Shown piece after piece: positions 11,320 to 24,907 of a stretch of DNA of 64,000 nucleotides. The position numbers and the translations under genes are program-made. This DNA is from Felis catus (Eukaryota). The stretch spans positions 121,644,001 through 121,708,000 of the forward strand of contig NC_058370.1 of NCBI RefSeq assembly GCF_018350175.1, written 5' to 3'. How positions within the stretch are numbered: the stretch's first letter is position 1; the number at the start of each line of letters is the position of its first letter. Below the pieces are notes generated by a model, which saw nothing but the letters and a program-made list of their open reading frames with translations, had not been told where the DNA came from and did not search any database.

Positions 11320-13818
11320 TAGCTCGTGACGTTGGTCCCACAGGAAGTGGTGAAAAACAGATGTGTGTTTGCCTGGGATGTGTGTAGATGCGGGTCTGAG
11401 ACACAGAGCAATGGCAACATTGAGAAGTCACTTGGAAGAGAGGAGGAAAGGCAGTGAGAGGCCAGTGGGCAAAACCAGAAAGTTCACGACGCTGTGCTAG
11501 GTGATCCAAAAGGCTCCTGGGAGAGCTAGAAAGTAAAACAGGGCATTTTCTTGGTGATGTACTGATGAACACTTGGGCTTCCCTTTAAGACACATTATTT
11601 TAAACAAAGAGAGTTACACTATGAAAATAGGCAATGGCAACCGTTTCAACAGACAGCAAACTTCTGGCCATTATTTTTCTTTAAGCAATGTACACAATGT
11701 TTTCTGTTCCTCACATGCTTCTGTTATTTTGACCTTTTATGTTTCTAGGATAGTAAGCGTGCTGTTGAATGTAAGGCAATTTCAACCAAAGCCAGTGTTC
11801 CGCCATGTTTTCTCCATATGTGTTATGGTTTGGGGTGCTATGCCCTCCCCATCACGTGGGGACAGGCAGCAGGTGTGCCATAGCTTTGCCAAGCACTCCT
11901 CCTTTGAAAACTCATTCCCAACCTAAAAAACTGAAAAATGTTAAGGATCAGCCTGACAGGACATGCCTTTCCTAGCAAAGACAGCACATATTAGATGTTT
12001 GCACAGTGATTAGGCAACAGGAAACTTGCCACTAACCTGTCATGATAGGAGAGAGAAAGGTTTATAAAGAATTTCTGGACCTCGAGGCACACCCTGATTT
12101 CCCAGTCAGGTGTTAATGGCACTCAAGGGTTTCCTACCTGGATCACAGCCCCTGAACGCCAAGGGGGTCTTCACTTTACAAGGCCAAAGTGGCCTTCTAA
12201 GACCAGAATGACTTGACCTTCACCAGAATGAGTTGAACTTGCAAGACCCAAATGGCTGACAAAATGGACTCTTGCCCAAGATCAGGGATCCTTATCCAGC
12301 CATCACTAACTGGGCAAGTAAAGCCGAGAAGCTGGAGGAAAGTCCAGGCTTCCTAAACTTTGGGTACCAAGGGGTCAGGGAATAGACTTGGGTCCTTAAG
12401 TTTAAATCACTAGCTGAGCCTGTATCAAATCGGGACAGGCCAGATGAACCATTTGATTAGTGTCTGTGTCTGTGTGTCGCTCTATGATAGAAATCATACG
12501 ATTTCTTGAGAAATCATAATTCTGTGTCACTGGCACTTAAACATTCTTCCCTAAGATGTGGGCTCTGTGGAACTACTTCCCTTGTGTCTCCTCCCCTCTA
12601 TCATTCTGACTGCCTTTGAAGGCCCAGTCTACACTGACCTCTCTTTTCCAGCCCCTATGGTTTTTACTGCTGGCTCCCCCTGGACTCCGCAAGTGGGGAT
12701 GCAGCCTTCTCCGGGGAGACCGCCATCCCTCCCAGCACCTGCCACAGTGTCTGGATGGAACACGGTAGGCATCCCCACAGGGCCTCATGTTCAGTAGGAG
12801 CAGAGATCGATATGGGGCATGGAGCTAGCACATTCCATATTATCTTTTGAGTGGGAGAAGCTAAGTGTGGGTCTCGCACAGTTGGTGACTAATACTATAC
12901 ACATTACTTGCTCAATAAATGCTTGGTGGTGCAGCAGGGAAGGAGGTGACATGACTCAAGCCCCTCAGGGGCTTCTTCATGTCAGTGATCTAGAACATAG
13001 TGGTCATCCCTGCTGATATCTGCGTGGGCTTGAGACTGGGGTAGCTGGTTTCCTACTGTGGGTCACTGCCATTTCCTGAAGCCCCTGGAAAGGAAATGTT
13101 CCCTCCCTTTGCTCTAATCTGAAGAGCCCTCTAATTCCCATGGTGTCTTGACTCTGCTGTCCCTGCCTGTCAACAGTTAGGGTCAGGGCAGGATTTCCGA
13201 TCTCAAAGATGCTCAGCAGAGATTTGGGGCTGAAAGTCCATATGCTATTTCTAGCTTTGTGTACTCAGCTCAGTGAGGAGGGGGCCCCCCTGGCACCTTG
13301 CTCTAACTGTGTCCTGTTGAGCAGAGAGTCTCTGAGAGGATTGTGCAGAGGCTGGGGTCCTGGGGTCACCTCCTGCTCCGAGAATGACATGGTCTCTGGG
13401 TGGTCTAGCGGCCTTTGCTGCATCTTTCCGCTTGCCTGGTTCACTCATCATCAAATGATCCGTTAACACAACAGTTAAGCCCTGGACAACCCTCCAATTA
13501 ATGATTAACAAACCTCAGGAGGATAGAGCCCTGTGAAGGGGAGGAGGGCTTTCTGAGGCAGGGCTGGGGCAGGTACCGCCCAAGCGAGGAGGAAAGACCT
13601 CGTGTAGACAAAGTGTCAAATTCCACCGGCTCTGAGACACATAATTTTTGAGTGAGGGTGTGTGTGTTGGGGTGGGGGGCAGCCTAGAAAGGGGAAAAAT
13701 TGGGTTGAGGGTCATGTCAGTCAGATCTGGGAGATTATTTTGAGCAACCTTGCTTTAGAAACAATGGCGGGCCTGAGCTAAAGGTGTGCCAGACAATGTT
13801 TCTCCTCCAGGATTCTTT

Positions 13819-14045
13819 TTTTTTTTTTTTTAAATTTTTTTTCAACATTTATTTATTTTTGGGACAGAGAGAGACAGAGCATGAACGGGGGAGGGGCAGA
13901 GAGAGAGGGAGACACAGAATCGGAAACAGGCTCCAGGCTCCAAGCCATCAGCCCAGAGCCTGACGCGGGGCTCGAACCCACGGACCGCGAGATCGTGACC
14001 TGGCTGAAGTCGGACGCTTAACCGACTGCGCCACCCAGGCGCCCC
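13819..14045 (-). mobile_element. Young full-length felid CanSINE (SINEC_Fc-like)
   Basis: Minus strand reads GGGGCGCCTGGGTGGCGCAGTCGGTTAAGCGTCCGACTTCAGCCAGGTCACGATCTC..., then (CT)n and an A-tail. CpGs are intact. TSD tccaggattcttt at 13806-13818 and 14046-14058. Confidence 0.97.
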
Positions 14046-14069
14046 TCCAGGATTCTTTACAGTAGTGCT

Positions 14070-14330
14070 GGTAATAACAACAGCTAGCATAAATGTGGGT
14101 TTACTATGCACCAGGCACTGTGTTAAGACTTTGCATACATTCTTAAGTCCTTAAAACACGTCCGTAAAGATGGCACTATGATTATCTCCATGTTACTGAT
14201 AAGGAAACTGAGGCTCAGAGACAGCAGTGTTCTAGCACAGTTTCACTGTGGGTTAGTGGTAGTGGAATTGGAATTCTACCCGAGCAGTCTGGTGCAGAAC
14301 CCGGGCTCCTGGCCACCCTCCACGCTGCTA
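14070..14330 (-). mobile_element. MIR SINE relic
   Basis: ttactatgcaccaggcactgtgttaag...attatctccatgttactgataaggaaactgaggctcagaga. Confidence 0.8.
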
Positions 14331-14799
14331 GCCACGTGCTCGTAACCCACTCCCTCCCTTGCATCCCTCCTTGGTTGGTCTGCGGGAGTGACATAATTCT
14401 GTTTGTCCCACCAACTGATCTGGCCCTGGAGGAGGACCCATGCTGGGACTCTGGCACCCTGATATCAAGCTGAGTCTCGCAGGATGCTGGGATCCCCTGA
14501 GGGCAGACAGGAGAAGCCCTCAGAAGACAGACAGCTCCTGGAATTAGGGGGAAGGTGTCGGCAACAGCCCGGTTCCTTCTGGTTGTTATGGCAATGTGGA
14601 GGGCTGTAAAATGTTACATCGCGGGAAGGCAGTTTCTTCTGTCCAAAGTGGACCCCTAGGAGCTAGGTGCTTCAGACATCACGGTGTTGACGCAATCTCC
14701 CAAGACTCCCAAGGCAACCTGGCCTTTGGCTTTCTCACGTTACCCTGGGCGCCTAAAAGGCCACAGCACTGAATGGAGAGTGGTCCTGGCACCAGTAGT

Positions 14800-14950
14800 G
14801 AAGATAATAGTAGCAAAGACATTCACAGTGATTACGACATGCTAGGCGCTATTCACAAGGGCTTTATGTAAAATAACTCAATCCTCACAACAACTTCAAG
14901 AAGGATGTTCTATTATTATCCCCTTTTATAGATGAGGAAACTGAGGCAGA
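14800..14950 (-). mobile_element. MIR SINE relic
   Basis: aatcctcacaacaac...tattattatccccttttatagatgaggaaactgaggcagag. Confidence 0.8.
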
Positions 14951-15329
14951 GTTTCAGATCGCATTTGCTCTGGGGCAAGCATCTGGGTGGAGGTGCTGGG
15001 GCACAGGAGGAACTTTGAAATAGATGGTCTTACGTTCCCAGCAGTGTGGGACAGGTACGGGGGCAGTGACCGGTTGCAGAATGAACTCCCACAGCGGCAC
15101 TTTCCTGTGTGCTGGGGTCACCAACCTGCATTTACCACACAGAGGGAGGAGGCAGCTGGTGAGAAGTCAGAACCTCAGCGCTGACTTGCAGCCCAGTGCT
15201 CTGTGCCTTCTTTCATCTAACCCTTCTTAAGCGTCTCTCGGCACCAGGCACTGGCTGGGATACTGGGGGTGGAACGGGAATGGGAGGGATTCTTGCGGCC
15301 CCCACCCCAGTGCCTGGCAGTCTAGCTGG

Positions 15330-15885
15330 CAGAATGATGCAGGAGCAGGGTAACTGTTGCAGGCACGCGGCCAAGCCCAGAGCCCAGCTGGAAGGGAGAC
15401 AACCCTGGGCTTAGAGTGACTTCGGGGCAGCCTGTGAGCGGAACGGCAGAGAGGAAGGTAGAGGCGGCGAGGGGCTGGACCCTGAGGCACCAAGTGAAGG
15501 GTCGGGCACTGTCCTGAAAGGAGCAGGGGCGGTTGGAGGCATTTGGCGGGGAGTGACAGGACCGGATTTGCGTTTTGCAAAGACCACGCTGGCTGGACCT
15601 TGGACCTGGCTGGGAGGGGATGCACTTGGGGCCGGGAGGCCACCAGTGCAACCGGAGGTGATGGTGGTCTAAAGGGGAGTGGTGGTGGGGATAGAGAGAC
15701 GATAGATGCAGAGGCGGCAGAATCAAAGGTGTTTTTAGACTCGGTGCATAAGGGGGTTAAGGGTAGGTCAAGGACAACCATGGGCTTTGACTTTGAACTG
15801 CTGGATGGACTCATGATGTCATTTCTGAGACGGAGGCACAGGAAGAGCAGGCCTGTGGGAAGATGATTTCAGTTTGGACATTTTG
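15330..15885 (-). mobile_element. L2 LINE relic
   Basis: ggatttgcgttttgcaaagaccacgctggctg...gatgatggtggtctaaagg...gatttcagtttggacat. Confidence 0.65.
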
Positions 15886-16284
15886 TGCCTCTGTGCTAAC
15901 CATGCGTGGGCAAACAGCTTTATCATGAATTCCCAGCTGCTTCTAGAATGTGTACTGAGCAGTGTGCCCTGGCATGTCAGAGGGTAGGGTCTGTGCTGGG
16001 CTCTACCCTGGGGAGAGCAGGCCAGAATCCTCCTGCCAGGAAGGTGACGCATCCACTCCCTTTCAGGAATGGGGACACCGTGGTCCCACGGAGCTGCTTC
16101 ACCAGGGGCTGCCAACCGAATGAACAAGCTTGGGTTTCTCCCATCTCCTCTGCACTGGGGAGGGGGCTCTGATTCCCAGCCCTTCACTAGCTTCTCTCTA
16201 GACCCGGGCTCAGTGTTGACAGGAACAATGGTTTTCAGAGTTAAGAGGGCAAAGTACGATATATGTTCATGTCCACGATCTCAT

Positions 16285-16430
16285 TCAGTCTTCCTCTACA
16301 TCTGGTGAAGATGGTACTCCCATCCGATTTTAACGATGAGGAAAAGGAGGTCAGAGAGGTTAGGAGACTTGTCCCCGTCACACAGTTGTACACTATGCCT
16401 CAAAGTATCTTTACCAGATCCTGTCTTTGC
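16285..16430 (-). mobile_element. MIR SINE relic
   Basis: catccgattttaacgatgaggaaaaggaggtcagagaggttaggagacttgtcccc. Confidence 0.65.
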
Positions 16431-19400
16431 CACTCGTGGAGACAGGGTGGCTGCTGTCCAAGCAGAAGGCAGCATAGAGACAGAGCTCCACAGAGTGGGG
16501 GCTCAGGGGCAAGGATGAGAAGGGAAGAGGTGTGAAACCACAGGAAGGGGCTGTGCACACCCCACAACATAGCTGCCTGGCCTTGGGAACCCTCGTGGCC
16601 CCTCACCCTAGGCCTACAAAATCGAAGGTCAGACGAGACAAGCCTCACCATTTCAGGTCAACCTGGATTTTGTTTTTTGGTTCAGAAGCAGGTAAGAACA
16701 GGTGCAACCTTGCTTCTCTCTCCTTGGACATGCAGGTAAGAAATATAATCACCTTTCTGCAGCTCAGCTCACCGCTAGTCTGGGGCTTTAAAAGGTCTCT
16801 GGCTACCCTGTTAGCCACCAAGAACCCTTTGTGGAAAAAGATAGGGGATGGAGAAAAATGACACCAATAGATTGCACCTGTGCTCTGACACAGCTGGGCT
16901 CACGTGCAGTGACATCAGACTTCGCTCATCTCACAAGGCCTGGCGTCGGCCACCAGCTCTGCCTTTGGATTGGTTCATGGTTTCCAATCCAACAAGACAA
17001 GGCCTCAGGTATTTTATAACAGAATTCAAATGGAACTAATTCTTTTTTCCTCCCTTATCACTTTGCACACATGAAATCTATTTTAATTAGTTTTCAATAC
17101 ATAATCTTTTTTTTTTTAAAGAATGAAATCCTATGGATTGTTCCCACCCCCAAATTGTTCTTAGAGAAAGAAAGATTTATCTTATAAGTTTCCTAAGAAA
17201 ATCTATATGTGCTCAATGCATTTAAATAACACTCATTAACGCGAACTGCATGCAAGCTGGCTTCTCTAGTCACAGATGAGAGACAATCGCTTGACCTATT
17301 GCAAATCAAAAAGCATTTCTGCACCACCTTTATTTTTCAATTGGTTAAGTTTTAAATTAAAGTCCCAACGCCCTTTTTGGGAAGGCAGACTAACATAGCC
17401 CCAACAGAAATTTCAGCTCAGTCGATTGGAAGATAATTATAAGAAACAAAATGTGAAATTTTAAATCAGGGCACTAATGAAGTCTAAAAATACCGGTGGC
17501 CCATCCCTCTGGCTGGCGAGACCTGTTCCTCATGGAGGGTATCTCTCCATAATTACTCAACCCCGTGAGAGGCCAGGTTGTCATGTCAAACAATAGAGGA
17601 AAAATCGTGGGACTTTAATGAGCTAGATCTCAAGGAGCTCCATGGTGAATCTTATTATAATGCCGGGCAAGCTTTCAAACAGAGAACAGGAGAAAAGGAA
17701 AGTTCTTTTTTTTTTTTTTTTTTCTTAAGTGGAGCTCTGACTAGTGTTGATGTCATCATGCAGTGCCTCCTGGTTCCCACTTGGAGCCAGCTGTCTGTCA
17801 TTTAGGAGTGTGAAATCAATTGAGTTTTGGAGATGTAAAATCCCTAGGGGCAAAATTAAAAGTGACCCAAATCCAAACCCACATGGTCTTGTCAGGAATA
17901 TGATTCTCACATAGCAAGTTTCAAAGATTTGGTTTNNNNNNNNNNNNNNNNNNNNNNNNNNNNNNNNNNNNNNNNNNNNNNNNNNNNNNNNNNNNNNNNN
18001 NNNNNNNNNNNNNNNNNNNNNNNNNNNNNNNNNNNNNNNNNNNNNNNNNNNNNNNNNNNNNNNNNNNNNNNNNNNNNNNNNNNNNNNNNNNNNCTTGAGT
18101 TTGGAGACATTTGTATGTTCATGCTTCATTGTCTTTCTTCGCCACAGATATAAGGGGATAAGTCAGCTGATGAGGGCCGTAAATAGAGAAGTGAGTTGAA
18201 TGTAATTTCTGGGGAAACCACCATCTCACTGGTGAACTATGGAAATCAGCGTGACAGATGGGTCACCGGTTGTTGTCGGCTGGAGCCGGGGTGGGCGAGG
18301 CGGGTCTCACTGGTCTACCGGAAGGCAGGGCTGTGGACACCTTCTAGGATTACCCCACGCCTGGCTCTCACCTAGCACTGAAGCCCCCCTAGAGGGGATG
18401 GCAGAGCGAACCCCATCGGGGGCTGTCTCTCTTCTTCCTTCCTGTCTGTGGGCTTGGGCTTACCACAGAGGATGCTTCATGCCCTCTGGCCCCAAAAAGA
18501 TGTTACAGGTGTGGTTCTGCAAATGGCCAGCTGGCCCAGTGTGCACAGGGGCCAGCGGGGGCCTGTCTCTACCACCTGTAACTTCCTGATCTTATGGGTT
18601 CAGGTGCCTGATGATGGATGCACCTGTGCCTGGCAACTTTGGGGAGGCGGATCCCAGTTCTGTGCTGAGCCCCAAACCGTGGACTTCAGACCCAACGGGG
18701 CCAGTTACCTTTCAGCCTAGAATAAGTCCTTTTCTTGGATGCATGTCTGAAACTTGGCAAATTGCCAAGACCTTTCATCAGCCCTAGGAGGCCTCTGGGG
18801 GTGGCGGCAATGCCCCCGTGGTTGGGGGAGGGAAGCCCACCCAGTGCCTTAGGCTTTGGCAGGAGCAGCTAGGATACCCAGTTCTCAACGTATCAGAGCT
18901 GGAAGCATACAAACTGGGAGTAAGTTTTTTTTTTTTTTTTCTTTTTAAAGGGAGAGAGAGCTTAACCAAAACAATTCAAACAAAAAATCAATTTAGTCAA
19001 TTTTTTTTTTAAAAAAAGATCTTAAACAAAGCAAGGGTTTACCAGAATTTAGATGTAATTTTCTATAATTTTGTCATTTAAAACTAGTGCTGATTTCCAA
19101 AACAAAGGCAGTTGGGGCGCAATCAGATTGGGAATTAAACCCAATGGAGATCTAGACACGGCTTTGTTGTTGGGATGCTTGACGAGGTCTGAAAATTGCT
19201 CAAAAGGATGAAGAGAGAGATGCATGAGAGCAGGCAGGAAAGAAGGGCTAGTGGGACTCGTTCTCCGCGAAGAGGCAGGGACCCCTGCCAGGCTACCTCC
19301 AGGAGCTGTTAGCAAGGAGAATGAGAGGTTGTGCCCAAAGGTCCACACTTCCTAGAACCATCTACTGTCCCCTAAGAGGCCTGTGTGCCCCAGCAGGGAG

Positions 19401-20227
19401 ACTGCCCACCATATGCCCTCTTGCCTGCAACTGGGTCCAGGCCTGGCTGCCTCCCCTCCCCACTCAGCAAGAGAGGGGCCTGGCTGTCTGGAGCTCTAAG
19501 GGATAGCGAGCAAGTCTGGGGCAGATGCACCCCACCAGCCTAACATCTGTGGCCCCCGGTCCTCCTGCCCCCTTCCGCATTCTGGCTGGATAGATAGATC
19601 CCTCGGTCAGACGTCAGGAGCGATGCTCTTTGTCGTAACCCTATGGCTGGGGGCTCATCTGCAGGCTCTGTTCTCAAGGATCTGCCTTGAAAACAGGAGG
19701 TGCTCTTTCCCGGACCCTCACAGAGCCACCCTGAGTCCTTGAAACAAAATAATCCAAGTGGCTCAGGATGGTCTGTGAGTGTCTCTTGGGGAGACATTCC
19801 TTTCACCTAACATCTGGGGAGCTGCTCTCATCCAGTGGCACAGCACAGGGCGCCTTTCTAGGGAAGGACACAGTTCACGTCCTGACTGTTCTCATGGGTG
19901 GAAAATGGAAAAGGCCCCACAAAAGACTGTTCCATGGAACCCTAAGAGGAGCAGATGATCCTGCTCATTCCACACTTGGCCTGGCTTTGGGGTGAAAGGT
20001 GAGAATGGCCTAAGGCTTGGGCTAGAGGCGGAAGGACCCTGGACCTGGCAGGCTCTCCCCTCCCTCCCTCTCCTTGCCCGCCCACATGTCCTCGCCTAGC
20101 TTGTCCTTCCCTCCTCCACTTTCCCCTCTGCCTCCTCTGTCTGAGGTTGGGCTGTCTTGGGCAAGGGGAGGCCCCACTACTGCTTCTGGGTTGGGTGAGG
20201 CCAGTGAGGGAGCTGCTGGAGAGCTCA

Positions 20228-20838
<611 letters not shown>

Positions 20839-21089
20839 NNNNNNNNNNNNNNNNNNNNNGGTCATCTGCCGGATACACATTCACTCAATAAACACCGACT
20901 GTCCCAGGCCCTGGGCTGGGTGCTAAGGTCACCGAGGTGGACAAGACACCTGCATCCAGGACGCCCCAGATGAAAAATCTGTGATTACGGTAGCATTGGG
21001 GTACCTGAGCAGATGGTCGTGGAGGCTCAGAGGGGGAGCACGATCTACACAGAGGCAAAAACACAGAGAGAAAAAAGCAGAGTCCTTCA

Positions 21090-21310
21090 AAGAATTCTCG
21101 GTTCAAATCTTGGCTCTGCCATTCATTAGCCAGGAGCCCTGGGCAAGTTGCTTTTCTTCTCTGAGCCTCATTCTCCCCCTCTGTCAAATGGAACCAGCAA
21201 CACCTACCTCAGAGGTCTCCTGGGAAAAATTGAATGAGGGAAATGTATTTGGGGGAAAAAAAACTAGCAGAGTGGCTGGTATGTGTTAAATGTTCCATAA
21301 ATGTTGGTGT
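21090..21310 (+). mobile_element. MIR SINE relic
   Basis: ggttcaaatcttggctctgcc...ctgggcaagttgcttttcttctctgagcctcattctccccctctgtcaaatgg. Confidence 0.8.
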
Positions 21311-21949
21311 TTTTCCTTCCTTTCTGGAGAATAGCTGTCTGGAGGAGGTGGGGAGAAAGCTAGATTGTGAAGATAGTAGGTGTTTCCTGGGCAAGGCGAG
21401 AACACCAGAGCCTGGAGCTGTGCAAGAGCCCTGTGGTGCAGGAAGGGGGAGCAGGAGGTGGGGGCAGGGGGGAAGGCTGGCAGCGGCTGTTTTCCACTGC
21501 CTTGCTGGGGGACCAGGCTTTCTCCTCAGCAGCCTCTGCGTGGCCAACCCTGGGAGAAACAACAGAAATGCATTTTGGCCCTTAAAGATATTTTGACTGA
21601 ACAAGGGGGTCCAGACACACGTCCTGAGACTTGATACAAGATTCGACACCAGCTGTGCCCAGGTCAGGCAGAGCAGGGCCAGGTTCCCCTGAGCTGAGCA
21701 GACATTGAGGTGACCCAAGTGGGCTTGTGAGTGAAGCCAGAAAATACTGTGACAAGGGAGGGCAGTCTGGGTCACCTCTGACCGAATGAGTGTGGGGTTA
21801 GGTCTCCATCACCCAAATGCCACCTTGGTTTTCATGATGCCACTGGAGTGGCAGTGTAGACTGGGGGCAGGGAGTCTGAGGAAGAGAGTGGGGGACAGGG
21901 AGCCACTCAGGACCCCTAGTTCCAGAGGCTAGAAGGGGAGCTAGGAGCT

Positions 21950-22440
21950 CTCTGACAGGAAACTAGGAGCTGGAAAATGTTGGTGAAGCAGTGCCAGCAA
22001 GATTCTAGAACAGGCTGCTAAGGGGGATTGTCCCCAAGCCTGAAGAAGAGATGGTATCACTGACTGTGAGCTAGGCTGCTGTCTTAAGGACAAGGCATGC
22101 CATCCTAAGGCCACTTCTCTCCAGGATTAGCCACGGAGCCTGGAACAAGCCACCAGAGCTTCGGAACACAGCTCGTGACTTCTCCGGTAACTCTGGTGAA
22201 GGTACGAGATGCCGGGCCATGGTGGTGAGTGACTTATGAGCGGGTGATTGGCTCAGAGGATGCTGGGGACCAGAAGGAGGTCTCTAGTGATGTGGACCGA
22301 GTCCTGCTCATCACTTTTACCAATGATTTGGGTGATGATAGGGAAGATATCACCACCAACTCTGCAGGTGGCATACTGGGAGGGTTAGGCACAGGTCAGC
22401 AATAAAAGCTGGAATCAAGAGTCATGTGGGAAGATACTGA
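21950..22440 (+). mobile_element. L3/CR1 LINE relic (RT region)
   Basis: caagattctagaacag, aaggacaaggcatgcca and ggaggtctctagtga...gtcctgctcatcacttttaccaatgatttgggtga...ctgcaggtggcatactgggaggg resemble decayed CR1 ORF2 DNA around FINDL...KFADDTKLGG. Confidence 0.55.
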
Positions 22441-23262
22441 CAGGGACTTGCCCTTGAGTCCCCAACACCCCTCTGCCTAAGGTAGACTGAGAGAAGATGG
22501 ACAGGGGTCAGGGTTACTGCCTCGACAGTCTTGGGATCTGACTGGTGACAGCGCATGTCTGTGGCTAGCAGCAAATCAGAGGTGATCTAAGACCGCAGTG
22601 GTCAAAGTGGAGGGGCTGAATGAAGGGGTGCAGGTCATAGCACGTGTGGGTTCTTTGTGTGGGGCTCTGGCACCGATGGAAGCAGAGGGAGAGGTCATTC
22701 TCTGGAGGGCAAAGGAACTGGCCACCACGGGCTCTGGAGTGTGGCTGAAGGGCCAAGGGTGTTTATTCCGCAGAAGACTTGGAGGGGGGATGGGTGGGTG
22801 TCAGATATCTGCAGGGCTGTGGTGTGAACACGGATGTGTCCTGTGTATCCTAAGGGGAGGTCTGGGACCGATGGGAGATAACAGGGAAGGCTTTTGTCAT
22901 GGTCAGGGCTGACCAAAGAAGGCTTGGGGGGACGTAGGAGGTGGGGAGCCCCCGGCCCCAGGGGGGTGGAGCATCCCACTTCTCATGTAACCATTGGCAA
23001 GGCAAAGCCTCCCTGGAAGGTGTGACTGGAGAAGTGGGTGAATCAGAGTCCTGAGGTTTGGGAATGACTATTCAAAATAACACAAAGCAGATTCAAAGTC
23101 GCTCCTGGGATGTCAGTCTTACTTCCTCAGCCTCCCCAAAGCTTTCTCGAGTAGCAGAGAAAGCGGTAGAGACGCAGCTACTGCCCAGGCTGTACAGCGT
23201 CCCGACCCCCATGCAGGTGTGGGCTGCCGCAGGCCCATGGGCCAGGGCCTGCTGAAGAGTCA

Positions 23263-23706
<444 letters not shown>

Positions 23707-24149
23707 CTATCATAAAGGAAAGTGTTCTGTGCTGTGAGATGTGAAGTCCCCCAGGCCGTTGGATTGTTAATAAACTGCAACATTTATGGGCATGTGCTGA
23801 ATACCAGCTGTGTCCTCAGTCTAGGCTCAGTGCCACCACGTGTCTGGCCTTCTGACATGTGAGAGGACGGCTTTCCAAAGCACCACCATCGGGCCCCATA
23901 TCAGCCACTGGGCCCCCCAATATGCCAGTCCATGGAGGAGGCGTGGGGGGTGGGGTGGGGACTGAGGCTCATGGGAGGACAGCTCAGAGCAGGGAGCATC
24001 TTTCCTGGGACCCTCTTTGTTGTCAGAAGGAGACAGGCTCTCCGTTTCAGGATCTCATTCTCTAATTTAGATATTTAGATTAATGAGAAAATGAACCCCA
24101 GGCTGAAGACAAACATTAGCACTGCATTGGTCTCTGAGCTACTGCCTTG

Positions 24150-24428
24150 ATGGAATATTATACAGTCATTAAAAATCATGTTTACTAAAATGCATAATGA
24201 GATGGCAAAATGCTTACACTATCATGTTAAATGAGAAAAGCAGGACATAAAGTGACACAAATATAAGCTCATATGTAAAGCAATATGTGCAGGAGAGAAA
24301 AAAACAAAATGTTAGCAGGGGTGTTATTCTTGGTGACAGGAACATGGGTAACTTCTACTCTCTTGTCTATACCTTTCTGTATTTGCCAAATTTTCTACCA
24401 GGGCCATGGCCATTGTAATAAGCCAGAA
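24150..24428 (+). mobile_element. Old L1 (L1ME/L1MC-like) 3' UTR fragment
   Basis: AT-rich tggaatattatacagtcattaaaaat...atgttaaatgagaaaagcagg...tttctgtatttgccaaattttctac. Confidence 0.7.
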
Positions 24429-24907
24429 AAGAAGAAGGAGAAGGAGGAGGAGCAAGAGCAGGAGGAGGAGGGAGGGGGGAAGTTGGAGGAAAAAGGAGAA
24501 GAGGGAGGGGGAGGAGGGGGGGAAGAGGGCAAGAAGGAGGAGGAGAGGGGGAGGAGAAGGGGAGGAAGGGGAGAAGGGAGAGGGGGAGAGGGGGAGGGTG
24601 ACAGGGAGGAGGGGTAGGAGGGGAAGGAGGACAAGAAGAAGGAGAAGAAGGAAGAGAAAGGAGGAGGAGGAGGAAGAGGAAGAGCAAAAGGGGGAGGAGA
24701 TGGAGGAAAGGGGGAGGGGGAGTAGGGGGAGGGGAAGGGGGAGGGGGGAGGAGGAGGACGAGCAGAAGGAGCAGGAGGGGAGGAGTGGGAGAAGGAAGAA
24801 AAGGAGGAGGAGGGGAAAGAGGAGCAGGAGGGGAGGAGGAGAGGGAGGAGCAGGAGGGTGAGGTGGAGGAGGGGAAGGGGGTGCAGGAGGGGGAGGAGGG
24901 GAAGAAA
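24426..24907. repeat. Polypurine low-complexity tract (GGA/GAG/GGG-rich), ~480 nt
   Basis: Almost exclusively G and A on the + strand. Confidence 0.95.

Noticed and set aside
13960-14045. tRNA-like A/B-box sequence as a tRNA gene
   Set aside because: It is the tRNA-derived head of a CanSINE, followed by CT body, A-tail and TSD. The same applies to the other copies.
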